Below are positions 53,927 through 64,000 of a stretch of 64,000 bases of DNA, in pieces. A model generated the notes under the pieces. The model had not been told where the DNA came from. It was given only the letters and a program-made list of their open reading frames with translations, and did not search any database. This DNA comes from Nematocida ausubeli (Eukaryota): NCBI RefSeq assembly GCF_000738915.1, contig NW_026515635.1, forward strand, positions 744,001 to 808,000, written 5' to 3'. How positions within the stretch are numbered: the stretch's first letter is position 1; each line of letters opens with the position of its first letter. The translations under genes were made by a program, and so were the position numbers.

Positions 53927-55300
53927 TCACAGTTTGTAAAAAAGATAGTGCCCTGCATACGCTAAAGATCCTAGCATAAGAACAACTACTACAGCAGAAA
54001 CTTTAAAGATAAGTGGTACATCTGAGTCATCCTCAGTATACCGAATATTCGGGGTATTTTGGCGGGACTGCAGAATATCTAGGTCTCTATTGTATAAGCT
54101 ACTTGTTTCATTTGGATTTTTCAGATATCTTTTAATGCGGTTTTCTAGAGACTTTACTCTGTGCATAATATATCTAGAGGCGCCTGGCAGACTTTCTTTA
54201 ATTTGCCTGCAGTAATAGGAAATCTGATCTATTTTTATGAAGTTTAAGTAGCTGTTCTGTTTCGGGTCTACAAATATGCACTTTTCATCGCCGCATGATG
54301 TAAGGTATGGATAGTTGATGTACTTTCCATCACAGTCAATCAATGTGTCTGTGTCTATAAAGATACTATAGACAGTCCTCCAATTGTTATGCAGTGCAAG
54401 TATCATTTCCTGGTCTCTTTTTGGAATCTGCGTGCTTGAGTCTATAGTTTGCGTCTTCTGGTACTTTACGAGTTTATTTTTGTACTTATGTGCAAGAATC
54501 AACGCCTTGTCTATGTTATACAAGTATCTATTATAGGGCTGGAATAGGTCTATTTCTCTTGCGCCTTCGAAGACACATTTGCCAGTAGAAGTTCCTGGAG
54601 TGTTCTTAAACATATCAGCAAAGTGATTCAGATCATTCTCAAGCTGTGTAGATAGATAGATCGATGCAAGTCTTTTGTGCACCATCCACATCTGTGTGTA
54701 TCTTAGATAATCAGTTACAGAGATATCTGAGAGTGTCTGTACGTTTTTGTACCATGCATTTAGCTTTTTATTCACAGCAACTAAGAAACCACTCTTTGCA
54801 AAATTCTTGAGTGCCTTACTCAGCACTTGCATTGTTTCGTTTTTCCTGTTCAGATAATCTATTGAGAGACCTTTTGCAACTTTCGCCAGATCAACACCAC
54901 TATCTATATGGTTTTCTAGCACGTCCTCCACGAGAAGGGATGCAATTGATGATATTAGCTCTACGCACTCAAAATCTGGGTTTATTCCTACGACATTTAC
55001 AATAATATTTTGCGCAAATAGTGAGTACATATCTCCTATAATTGCATAGTTGCTGTAGTTGTCTAGGGTTACTCGGTTAATCACACGGGCAAACATATCC
55101 TTCCAGTCTTCGTTCAATTTTGCTTTATCAATTTTCAGCACAATACTAAAATCATACTGGGATCCATTGCTATTTGAGGTTTCACTTGTGTAGCTTATAA
55201 GAGGCTCTTCCTCTTCGTCTTCTATATTGCTGTAGGTATGCTTTCTAATGATATTTTCATTCGCACCTAAAATATCTTCTGATTTTTGGATAGTTTCCAT
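53927..55300 (-). CDS. lineage-specific tail-anchored protein
   Basis: 457-aa ORF, CCCTGA before the ATG, single C-terminal TM (VSAVVVVLMLGSLAYAGHYLF); no family recognised. Confidence 0.8.
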   Translation of the reverse strand: METIQKSEDILGANENIIRKHTYSNIEDEEEEPLISYTSETSNSNGSQYDFSIVLKIDKAKLNEDWKDMFARVINRVTLDNYSNYAIIGDMYSLFAQNIIVNVVGINPDFECVELISSIASLLVEDVLENHIDSGVDLAKVAKGLSIDYLNRKNETMQVLSKALKNFAKSGFLVAVNKKLNAWYKNVQTLSDISVTDYLRYTQMWMVHKRLASIYLSTQLENDLNHFADMFKNTPGTSTGKCVFEGAREIDLFQPYNRYLYNIDKALILAHKYKNKLVKYQKTQTIDSSTQIPKRDQEMILALHNNWRTVYSIFIDTDTLIDCDGKYINYPYLTSCGDEKCIFVDPKQNSYLNFIKIDQISYYCRQIKESLPGASRYIMHRVKSLENRIKRYLKNPNETSSLYNRDLDILQSRQNTPNIRYTEDDSDVPLIFKVSAVVVVLMLGSLAYAGHYLFYKL

Positions 55301-55530
55301 TCAGGGTAAATTTTAAAAAAAAGTTTTAAATAACCTGCGCAGTAAATGCGTTAGTATACAGCATGCATATCTAAAACTGATTCTGAATATTTTCATAGTC
55401 ATGTTGCACTGTTATATTTATGTGATTTAGAACGTAATAGAGTTATTTTCACTCAACTGTATATCGTATATAACCCGAATACTTTTAGTATAAGTAGCTG
55501 CTTTGGTCTGCTCTTTCTTGCTATTTTTTT

Positions 55531-55650
55531 AATGAAAAGCATTCAGGTTATATCGGGTTATATCCTATTAGAGAGGAACCTATAAGACTTTATTGATCGA
55601 GGAAAGCAAATACGAAAATATCCATGTTCTCTCATACAAAACCCACAAAA
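55531..55650 (+). repeat. dispersed repeat family B, copy 3 (contains two GGTTATA motif units)
   Basis: aatgaaaagca[ttcaggttatatcgggtta]tatcctattagagaggaacctataagact...catgttctctcataca. Confidence 0.85.
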
Positions 55651-55931
55651 CTCTTACTATTTTATATACTGCATGGTTAACCCAAATTCTATACTAAGTG
55701 ATTGGTGATTAAATAATATTTGATGCTGGATGGATATAAATGAGCATACAACACGCTATTATTTGACTTTCAAATAACTTTTATAGTGACTTTTTATTTG
55801 TTAGAAGCACTTCATCTCAAATACTGGAATTCCCATACAGTGCAAATACCAATTTCTACTTAAGCATAGCCCTTTCCTTAAATGACAGCCACTTAGATTT
55901 GGTTGCGTATAAGTGGCTATTCTTCACTGTA

Positions 55932-58766
55932 CTATGGTATAACCCGGGTTCTAACTATCTTGCAAGCATAGTTGTTCTGTCTTGATCTATATATATCCAT
56001 AAGCAGCTCATACTTTATCTTATCTTCATGTGTTCTGCACAGATCACTTTTCATTGAATCCATGACAGAAAGTACCTTCTGATTGAATTTTCTATAACTT
56101 CTGCCTACCTCTATAAGATAAGAGGTCACAATAGTTCCCTCTGTGTATACCATTGCATCAAAGCATTTTGGTATAATGCCTCGCAGTCTTTCCTTTTGGC
56201 ATGCTATGCTAATCCAAAGTGCCCATGCATCATTAGCCTTTAGATCCATGTGCCCTATAGATCTACCCTTTTTATCCAAGTCCTTTAAAATCTCTGCAAT
56301 AGTGACTAAGTGCTGGATAGTCCTTCCATTCTCTGTTAGGCAGGAAAGCAGCTGAATTTTTTTCTTTAAGGAAAGGTCATTCTTTAGAATCTGTGGGAAG
56401 CAGCAGCTCAGGCTCATTTTCCCAAGATCCATGGTTTTTCTTATGAGCTGCACAAGAGCATTTGGAGAATTCATGTGCTTTATGCAATACACAAATGCGT
56501 CTGACAGTTTTTGTGGATCGTAGTTATATACTACAGGCATCTTTTTTTCTGGGAATAGTTTTAGGACAAGATTAGTCTGTACCCCGGATGTTATAAAACA
56601 GGACATAAAGCTACTTAAGGTCTGCTGGTCATCAAGCGGCACACTCGCCAATATATTGGATATGAGCCGAATTTCCAGGTCATCTGAGTTTAACTTCTTG
56701 CCCATTGTGTGCATAGCTATATAGAATACTAGACTCTTCTTGTTCTCAATTGTCTGGTATATATCAAGAAGAAGAAGCCTTTCTATTCCAATGAAGCTGA
56801 GTGGCTCTATCTGCACTATAATCTTCTGAATTTCCTTTAATTTCTGGTGTTCATACAGGCATTTTCTTTTTGTTTGTTCTATATAGTATCTTACCAGACA
56901 GGATGTAAATGTGGTTTTTCTATTGAGAGTAACCTTCCACAAGAGTCTGGTTAATTTGTTTGAAAAATATGTTAAATTGCTGTCTATGCTTGGAATGGGC
57001 ACTAGTCCCATGTGCTTAGGCAGGCACGCCATGACCATGCCCCCTCTTAATTCATCTTTTTTATACGTTATAAAAATATTTCCAAATAGGTCTTTCTTTC
57101 CCTCTAAGCAGGAACCCACTTTGATGTTTTTCAGCTCTACCTCTATACTTCTGTTTTTTGAATTTGGAGGACCTGTGGCTAAGCATGACCAAACACTATT
57201 GTGCATAGGAGAATCCTCTTCTTCTCCCACTCGCACGGATAGCGACCTGAACAGATATTCTGCATATTCCTGAATCTCAGCGTATATGCCTTTTTTGCAG
57301 ACCTTGTTATTGACTGCTTCTATAAACTCCTGAAGTCTGTGTTTTTCTGTTTCGTACACGCCCGTTATAGTTGCGACCAGGCACAATACATTAAGTATGC
57401 CAGATGCAAGCTCGTTTTTATTCTCACGCATATACTTAATCTGCTCGCCCTCCAAACCAGACACTACTTTGCTCCATTCCTTATAAACAATCTGGTTAAT
57501 TGGCTCATGCGTGCTTTCATACTTTTTGAAAAAGTTTACTAAATTCTTAGTCGCACCAGGCATATGCTCTGTGCTGTACTTTTTTGTATCTGGGTCGTAT
57601 GCCAGACAGCAGAGAAGCCCAAATGCGCTCGCTTCTACGCAGTTACTGAATTGCTGCATGGTAAAACTACCTTTCTCTCGGTCGTACACAGGGGTGCTTT
57701 GGTAGGAAGGCACATATGTATCTCCTGCAAATGGAAATACTTTATACTTTAGATCAGTGCTCTGCACTTTTTTAATAATGCTTAAGTAGTCAAACCTCTG
57801 TGAGACTTCACTATGCAGTGCAAAATACTCGTAGAATATTTTTTTAATGCTGCTGTGCTCTGTATCCCCATATGCTTCGCTGCTCATAAACTCAAATAGC
57901 ATGTCGTGCACGGTATTTGCAAAAGAAAGTGCATCTTCATGGCCACTTATGTACTCAAATACGTAGGACTGCAGCAGCCATTTTGGGCTGTTTAAAAACT
58001 CTCCTTTTTTAAAGTCATCATACACAACGGGTGCATCGCCTTCTGGTAAGGGCAGTTCTGGCTTGTTTTTTTTGAAGTACTCAATAATAAACACAGCTTC
58101 GCTCTGGTACACCTCTGTCTTCTCTATTTTATCCTTCTCTATGGCTACCATGCGAGGCACGTGCATGTCAAGGCAGAAGTGGACTGTACTGTTTTTTGCA
58201 CTTTTCAGGGTTAGCTTCTTATTTCCCTTTGTGCCAGACAGAGACAGCGGGACATCTATTCCTTCAGTCATCAGGAGAAGAGCTGCAAGGATCTTGTGCG
58301 CATGCTGGCTGACTTTTTGATCGCTGAGGAATGTGATAAATGAGTTGTTTATGCTTGTGTGTATGGTCAAGTCCCCTATTGGTGAGGGAAACAGCTTTAG
58401 AAGAACTGCGTGGTACTCCTGGGCTGCAGTCAACTTTTTATTTTTTATACCTGCGTTCACATGCACTTTATCCTTATTAAATCTTCTGGTTCTGATATAT
58501 TTGGGTCTATTCATCTCTGGGTCCTTTTCCATGGATAATTCATAGTTTGTCTCTATTTCTGGAGAAAAGAACCTCTTGTTGTACATAAAGTTGCATTTGC
58601 GTGATATGTACGCATTTAATGGACTGAGCGGCCCCTCTGGATGGACCATTATCATGCTGTTTTCTCCAAATCTGCTGTTTAGAACTTTTTCTATGGCAGG
58701 CATCTCCATATTTGCACATATTTTGTGCACTGCCACCATTGATATCACCCATGCCCAAACTCTCAT
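55932..58766 (-). CDS. large secreted protein resembling the Nematocida large gene family (NemLGF1-type)
   Basis: Signal peptide; PEGPLSPL..YI...FMYNKRFFSPEIETNY, KLFPS..GDL.I, ILAALLL..EG, FSNCVE and LAYDP motifs that I recall from Nematocida expanded secreted proteins (not searched). Confidence 0.7.
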   Translation of the reverse strand: MRVWAWVISMVAVHKICANMEMPAIEKVLNSRFGENSMIMVHPEGPLSPLNAYISRKCNFMYNKRFFSPEIETNYELSMEKDPEMNRPKYIRTRRFNKDKVHVNAGIKNKKLTAAQEYHAVLLKLFPSPIGDLTIHTSINNSFITFLSDQKVSQHAHKILAALLLMTEGIDVPLSLSGTKGNKKLTLKSAKNSTVHFCLDMHVPRMVAIEKDKIEKTEVYQSEAVFIIEYFKKNKPELPLPEGDAPVVYDDFKKGEFLNSPKWLLQSYVFEYISGHEDALSFANTVHDMLFEFMSSEAYGDTEHSSIKKIFYEYFALHSEVSQRFDYLSIIKKVQSTDLKYKVFPFAGDTYVPSYQSTPVYDREKGSFTMQQFSNCVEASAFGLLCCLAYDPDTKKYSTEHMPGATKNLVNFFKKYESTHEPINQIVYKEWSKVVSGLEGEQIKYMRENKNELASGILNVLCLVATITGVYETEKHRLQEFIEAVNNKVCKKGIYAEIQEYAEYLFRSLSVRVGEEEDSPMHNSVWSCLATGPPNSKNRSIEVELKNIKVGSCLEGKKDLFGNIFITYKKDELRGGMVMACLPKHMGLVPIPSIDSNLTYFSNKLTRLLWKVTLNRKTTFTSCLVRYYIEQTKRKCLYEHQKLKEIQKIIVQIEPLSFIGIERLLLLDIYQTIENKKSLVFYIAMHTMGKKLNSDDLEIRLISNILASVPLDDQQTLSSFMSCFITSGVQTNLVLKLFPEKKMPVVYNYDPQKLSDAFVYCIKHMNSPNALVQLIRKTMDLGKMSLSCCFPQILKNDLSLKKKIQLLSCLTENGRTIQHLVTIAEILKDLDKKGRSIGHMDLKANDAWALWISIACQKERLRGIIPKCFDAMVYTEGTIVTSYLIEVGRSYRKFNQKVLSVMDSMKSDLCRTHEDKIKYELLMDIYRSRQNNYACKIVRTRVIP

Positions 58767-59544
58767 GCTGTCAGTTTAAAATTTCTTTAAAATAAAGTTT
58801 TGTGATCACCTGTACAGACTATTTTCCATAGATTTTCTTAAAGACGAATTTTACCACAGACACAAAAATATCAAAATAGTATCTTTTAATGATCTATTCT
58901 ATAAGTACATTCTCGTGCATACTGCTATTTTCTGTGTTTGCTATTTCTATTTTCTGCTTTATCTTACTTCTTTTCGGGTTATTCCATACTGTGACAGGTA
59001 TATACTCTACACTAAATATATTCTGGGCAGCTGCTTGGTTTATACTCAAAAAACTAAGCTGCATAGGTAAGATATGATGTGCTGTCTTGTCTTATTAAGC
59101 TAAGTGTGTTCACATCGATGCTTCTTCTGGATTTGCATATTTTCATCTCTTCTATATTTTATTTAAGTTTATTTGTTCTACAGTGTGCTTATTTTTAAAA
59201 GTCTACTGCAATTTTATTTTTGTACTTGAATAAAACTCAAAGGCCTTCTACTACGTATATTCCAAGCAGAGAAGACTTTCTAAAGTATAGAAAAATAATT
59301 TATTTCTCGTTATTAAAGCATAGATCATTTTGATTCATAGAAGCACCACTGTGGAGAATAGACAGAAGCACAAGCGCATCTGAGAGCAGATCGAATGCAC
59401 TATGAATGTATATGTGGTAATGCCGTGCAAACAGAGTGGCTGTTACTGCTACTTAATACTTGCACATAAATTAGTATAGTTTATAGTAGATGCCATGTAA
59501 AAGCAAGCCATACATAAAGAAAAATTCAGTAAAATATTTTAGAT

Positions 59545-62127
59545 ATGAAAATAAGAGCAAAAAGATATCTTAGATTTGCAGTATGCGCGGCCTTTCTTCT
59601 ATGTATTAGAGCTGCAGCTGCACCTAAAAAGAAAACAGTTAAAGAGCATAGTTCCACTGATGTGCCTGAGAGCGATATAGATATAGATCTTATAGACAGC
59701 TCTGTTGACCAGGTTATAAAACAAAACAAGAGCATGAAAGTGGACATATGGGAGAATTTCTTTTCGGAAACCGCAAAGTTCATTATTTTTACAAAGCCTG
59801 AGAAGTATGAAAACCAGGCTGGAGAAGGCAGGGTGGTGCTAGACGAAGAGAACTCAATTGACATTTCAGTGCTGCCTAAGACTATAAATAGAGATAAGCG
59901 CAGAGGACAGTCTGTAGATCTTGAGAGTTTTGGGCTTATGCCCATGGCAATGTTTACGATAATAAACCAAAGTGTGATCCAACAAGTTCTAAATAGGAAG
60001 GACAAGGTTGCTGAAATATATATTAAAAACCTGGTGTTCATAGAGCCAAAGAAGCCAAGAGAAAGATGTCTATTTCCGTATGGATTTACAGAGATCAAGG
60101 CAAGCCAGCGCATACTAAAGCAGGTGCCAATGGGCCCGGTTAGAGTAGAGACAGAAAACCCACTTAGAGCGAAAATTACAAAACACATAATAAAAGTGTA
60201 CATGGAAACAAGAAGGCACTGTGCGGGGATGGAAGTAGACATGAGAGAAGATGTAGTTAAAAAGGCAATTCACAAGAACATAAATGTGTATTTGAAGTAT
60301 ATGATAGCAAACCTAGAAAGCATTCTTCCTCAAAACGTTGATGCAGAGATGACAGCACTTGAGTACATAGACATGCACCTAACCCGGGACACCCATATAG
60401 TCAGAAAAACTGTATGCCGCCCGCCCCGAGTAGCAGAGAAGTACGACATATTGGCCAGGCGGGCTGCACTAAAGAAAGACTATTTAAAAAAAGTTGGGCT
60501 TAATATATTCTTTCCAGACAAATTCAACAAAAAAAAGGTGTATACGGTGCTTAAAATGTTTCTGTTCAATGTTTATTTGAGAATTGACTTGAAAAATGTA
60601 AATCTCACCTTTCTGGAGTGGCATGCTGACGCCCTAAGCAACATTAATAGGCTAAGCGATATCCAAAATATAACAATTCTTCTTATCATCCAAAACATCT
60701 TGGTCATAAGCGACAGTGCAGCTGTGAATACAGAAATTAAAGATGCTTCTATGCTAATCAAGGGGGTTGTTTTTCTGGTTGATAAAATGGAGAGTATTTT
60801 AAGCACTGCATACAGCTCAGATCCAAAAAACATAGTGGACCTAACTATAAAGAATATCTATAGCGATCTATACAAGCTGCTGGCTGCTTTATATGAAATC
60901 CTGCCATATTCGCAGGTTTTTGTTTCTCCGTGCAAAGAGAAAGAAGGGATGTTTTTCATTAAGGAGAACTTTGAGCTGACTGGAAAGGGTGTGCTTAATA
61001 GGCAAAGGTATCTGCATTGGGAAGCAACTGTGGACGTAGGCGACTGGAAGCAGGATAGAATGCCTTATAGAATTAAAGATGCCAAGTGCACGGAGCAGTT
61101 CTATACGTCTGGCGGAAGCACTGCGCACTCACTGCACTACCACGTACACTATGTTGACAATGTGAGCCACAGATACCACAGGATATGTGTTCCTTACTAC
61201 TGCACGGAAGACTCGCGCGCAGTATGTGTTCACACCGCCTCTGAAATAGCTAAGTACATACATGTCCTGCACGGTGTTCCTGTTTCTGACATACATACGT
61301 ATGTTCGAAATGGAGATACACATAACTGGAGCTTTGTGAAGTTCCCACAAAAAATGCCTGCAAACATCCAAGATAGCAATCACATTCTTGTTTTTTACTA
61401 CATTCCAAAAGAGCAGATTAAAAATGGCTTTGTGTTTTTGAAATTTGAAGCTGACACACCAAGAGCAATCAAGCTTCCTCTATTCCTCTCTCCTGTAGAA
61501 CTGGCAATTAGCTGTAATAAACTGCAGTGCGAATGCCTGCAAGAGAGTATATTGCACTCCCTAGAGCTTAGCAACGCGTCTCCACTTCAAATTTTAACCG
61601 AGAAAACGCCTATGTGGAAGCACCTGGATGTTAAAGACTACTACAGCAACCTGTGCATCCTGGTGGACCAGGTGTCTGTTGACTACATGGGGTGTCTTAT
61701 TATGAATGCTTCGCTTGTGATAGATAGCATAAAGAAGAAAATCACATGGCGTGTGAAGTACCCATACAGTCCGGACGAGTACAATTACTGTGTTTTATCG
61801 AGCACCTCTATGGAAGAAATCAACCCGAAAATCAACCTTATGTCTACTGTTGAAAGAGACCACGAAAAACAAGAGCAGCTACGTTTTCTAAACATAGAAT
61901 CTGCAGGAACTACAAGTAAAAGCACGAGCTTCCACTTAGAAGGCAATGAAATTCTTAAAGAAACGATGTACTGCATGTCCCACGATGAGTTTATCACGTG
62001 GTCCGATATTTCTAGGAATCCAAGCACTGCGCATGTTGAAATTATCCAGACCGATCCATCTTATATATCTGTTTATAGCATGCACATGTACTTTATGTCC
62101 TTCATGTTTGGATATTCGTGGATGTGA
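59545..62127 (+). CDS. large lineage-specific secreted protein
   Basis: 860-aa ORF with signal-peptide-like N-terminus (FAVCAAFLLCIRAAAA); His/Tyr/Cys-rich segment HSLHYHVHYVDNVSHRYHRIC. Confidence 0.8.
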   Translation: MKIRAKRYLRFAVCAAFLLCIRAAAAPKKKTVKEHSSTDVPESDIDIDLIDSSVDQVIKQNKSMKVDIWENFFSETAKFIIFTKPEKYENQAGEGRVVLDEENSIDISVLPKTINRDKRRGQSVDLESFGLMPMAMFTIINQSVIQQVLNRKDKVAEIYIKNLVFIEPKKPRERCLFPYGFTEIKASQRILKQVPMGPVRVETENPLRAKITKHIIKVYMETRRHCAGMEVDMREDVVKKAIHKNINVYLKYMIANLESILPQNVDAEMTALEYIDMHLTRDTHIVRKTVCRPPRVAEKYDILARRAALKKDYLKKVGLNIFFPDKFNKKKVYTVLKMFLFNVYLRIDLKNVNLTFLEWHADALSNINRLSDIQNITILLIIQNILVISDSAAVNTEIKDASMLIKGVVFLVDKMESILSTAYSSDPKNIVDLTIKNIYSDLYKLLAALYEILPYSQVFVSPCKEKEGMFFIKENFELTGKGVLNRQRYLHWEATVDVGDWKQDRMPYRIKDAKCTEQFYTSGGSTAHSLHYHVHYVDNVSHRYHRICVPYYCTEDSRAVCVHTASEIAKYIHVLHGVPVSDIHTYVRNGDTHNWSFVKFPQKMPANIQDSNHILVFYYIPKEQIKNGFVFLKFEADTPRAIKLPLFLSPVELAISCNKLQCECLQESILHSLELSNASPLQILTEKTPMWKHLDVKDYYSNLCILVDQVSVDYMGCLIMNASLVIDSIKKKITWRVKYPYSPDEYNYCVLSSTSMEEINPKINLMSTVERDHEKQEQLRFLNIESAGTTSKSTSFHLEGNEILKETMYCMSHDEFITWSDISRNPSTAHVEIIQTDPSYISVYSMHMYFMSFMFGYSWM

Positions 62128-62978
62128 ACCGCGTGGTATATTATGCAAGCCACATGAAAGAATTCTTCTGCTAGAATAACACAGCCCTCAATTTACTGCG
62201 CATCTGGCAAATAAATCTTTAAATCTATTCATGCATCTTTTCTGTTGTCTTTGCATAGAAAGTGCAGCAGTAGTTTTTATTTTAACAAGAGCCACTCTTA
62301 CTATTCATCTGTGATTTTATGGCATTTGCATGAGTTGTGCTTAGTATACTAGTCTGGAAGTGCTTTATGCAAAAATTAGCACAGATTCGTGTGTGAGAAC
62401 AGTAAAATTGCTACAGTATAATTCGGGCTATGTCCACCCAAAGCACATTTTCATATTTCTTATTGCGCTTCTATAAAGAATAAATAACTAAGCCAAAAAA
62501 GAATAGAAGATCCTAGAGGGCAATAAATAGCAATCTCAACGCACTGGATATATTTCTACATACTTATTGAGTAGCTAGTTCATTATTTCTATGCTGCATA
62601 TATTTTTGTAGATTCCTTCACTGTGGCTGTGCTGACTGAGAATGTGCAATAGCTGCTTTCTTAGAATATTCCATTACTAGAAGCCAGCACTTAGCAAAAG
62701 CCTGAATTTCTTAAATGGATTTAACTATACTCTTTCTTATCGGGTATTCTTGGAGCATCAGCCTACTTATTGCTATTATAGTAAAATTCTCCCTTTTTAT
62801 CCAAGGCCACTGCATCTCTAATGTAAAATAGCTCTAAAGGGATTTATAGAATTATTATGCAGAATATTTTATAAAATTGCATTTAGTCTTCCATATGCAC
62901 AGATATAAAATATTACTGTAATGGTCAAAGTGATATTTTAGATAGCTATTTTAGCAGTGAAAATTCGAAAAAATATAT

Positions 62979-64000
62979 ATGAATACGCGAATGAAGATAG
63001 TCGTACTAGAATCTGTTGCAGTTGGACTGGCCATATCATGTTTTTGCATAATGGGGGTATATATGTACAAACACAACAACTCTATGAAGAAGGTGCAGCC
63101 ATCCCAGCAACCCAGCATTATATGTAATAATGCACATGAAGAACATGTAATAGAAGACGCATCAAAAGAAGATTTGGAGAAGAAAAAAGACTCCATTAAA
63201 GTGGATGCTTCAGATACAGCGAATTTAAACATTATACGTAATAATTTTATAAATCAAGAGCTTGTTAATAAGGAAACTGCAGCGGAAAATAAAAGAAAAG
63301 AAAAGATGCAAAAGGAAGCGAGAAAGAGACTAAATGTTCAAGCACAAAAGGAAAAAAAAGAAGTAAAAAAACCAGTACAAAAGGCGGCAGAAGTCATAGC
63401 ATCTTCTTCAATTTTCCAAAATAATCTGAATAAATTTGAATCAGCCAGCAATTCCAATATATCTCAGAGCGAGCTGAAGAAGTCAAAACTTAGAAATGGC
63501 ATCATGCAAACATCTAGTATATCTGCAAAACCTCAGCAGGATTCAGATATAGTTCAGAATTCTGAACAGGAGTTTGATTCGCGCCAGCCCCTCAATGACT
63601 CCCCACAGGAGTCTAACACACTTTTTTCCATGGCAGAGTCTAACGCGTCTCCTCTTCTCCAGGATGAGTCTGAACCATATTATCACAAGAGTGGGTCTGA
63701 ATCATCTTATCACAAGAATGGGCCTTATGTATCTATTTCCGAACCCGAGTCTAACATACTAGATCCTGTGAAGAAGTCTAACACATCTCTTATTGTGGGG
63801 GAGTCTAATACATCTATTTCCGAGAAGAAAGATAATTTACAATATTCTGTGAAGGAACATAATATACCACATCCTCCTAATACGAAATATGTTCCAGCTA
63901 CTATAATGAAGGAAACTACAATACCCATGATCGCATATAGCACACCTATTTTCGAACCCAATTCTAACATACAATATTCTGTGAAGGAGTCTAGCACATC
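62979..64000 (+). CDS. partial ORF missing from the ORF track (runs off the window): N-terminal signal/TM and low-complexity body
   Basis: Manual translation from ATG 62979: MNTRMKIVVLESVAVGLAISCFCIMGVYMYK... with no stop to 64000; degenerate ~10-aa ESN repeats after ~63600. Confidence 0.85.
   Translation, partial: MNTRMKIVVLESVAVGLAISCFCIMGVYMYKHNNSMKKVQPSQQPSIICNNAHEEHVIEDASKEDLEKKKDSIKVDASDTANLNIIRNNFINQELVNKETAAENKRKEKMQKEARKRLNVQAQKEKKEVKKPVQKAAEVIASSSIFQNNLNKFESASNSNISQSELKKSKLRNGIMQTSSISAKPQQDSDIVQNSEQEFDSRQPLNDSPQESNTLFSMAESNASPLLQDESEPYYHKSGSESSYHKNGPYVSISEPESNILDPVKKSNTSLIVGESNTSISEKKDNLQYSVKEHNIPHPPNTKYVPATIMKETTIPMIAYSTPIFEPNSNIQYSVKESST

Overview
Eukaryotic, gene-dense, apparently intron-free DNA from a microsporidian. 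It is most likely a Nematocida-type genome, inferred from divergent fungal-like housekeeping proteins, very short 5' regions with CCC/T-rich motifs, and Nematocida-style large secreted proteins. About 38 protein genes are visible. From 0.7 to 53 kb they are mostly housekeeping: Src1/MAN1-like LEM protein, UAP1, cyclin-like, MFS transporter, SAH hydrolase, TBC GAP, Bfr1-like, an Edc1/PNRC-like micro-protein, PUF, RPB7, SANTA/KNL2, Ste12, kinesin-10, Sec3-like, UBC4, SPT5, Derlin, IMP4, STU2, NIPA, enolase, TFIIIA-like, YSH1, Myb, proteasome alpha-6, NOT4, PGK, RPS19, PHO88, Nudix and PIS1. From about 53.9 kb onward there are only lineage-specific secreted or membrane-anchored proteins. The most striking unexplained structure is non-coding. 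A 10-mer, TTCGGGTTAT/ATAACCCGAA, occurs exactly 15 times by my manual count, always between genes, sometimes as 10-11 bp-period degenerate arrays, and is gained or lost inside otherwise aligned repeat copies. Two dispersed repeat families are also present (~290 bp x3 and ~120 bp x3), and two copies of the shorter one flank an orphan gene as inverted repeats. No rRNA, tRNA, CRISPR array or transposase was recognised. All family assignments are by eye from remembered motifs; no searches were run.
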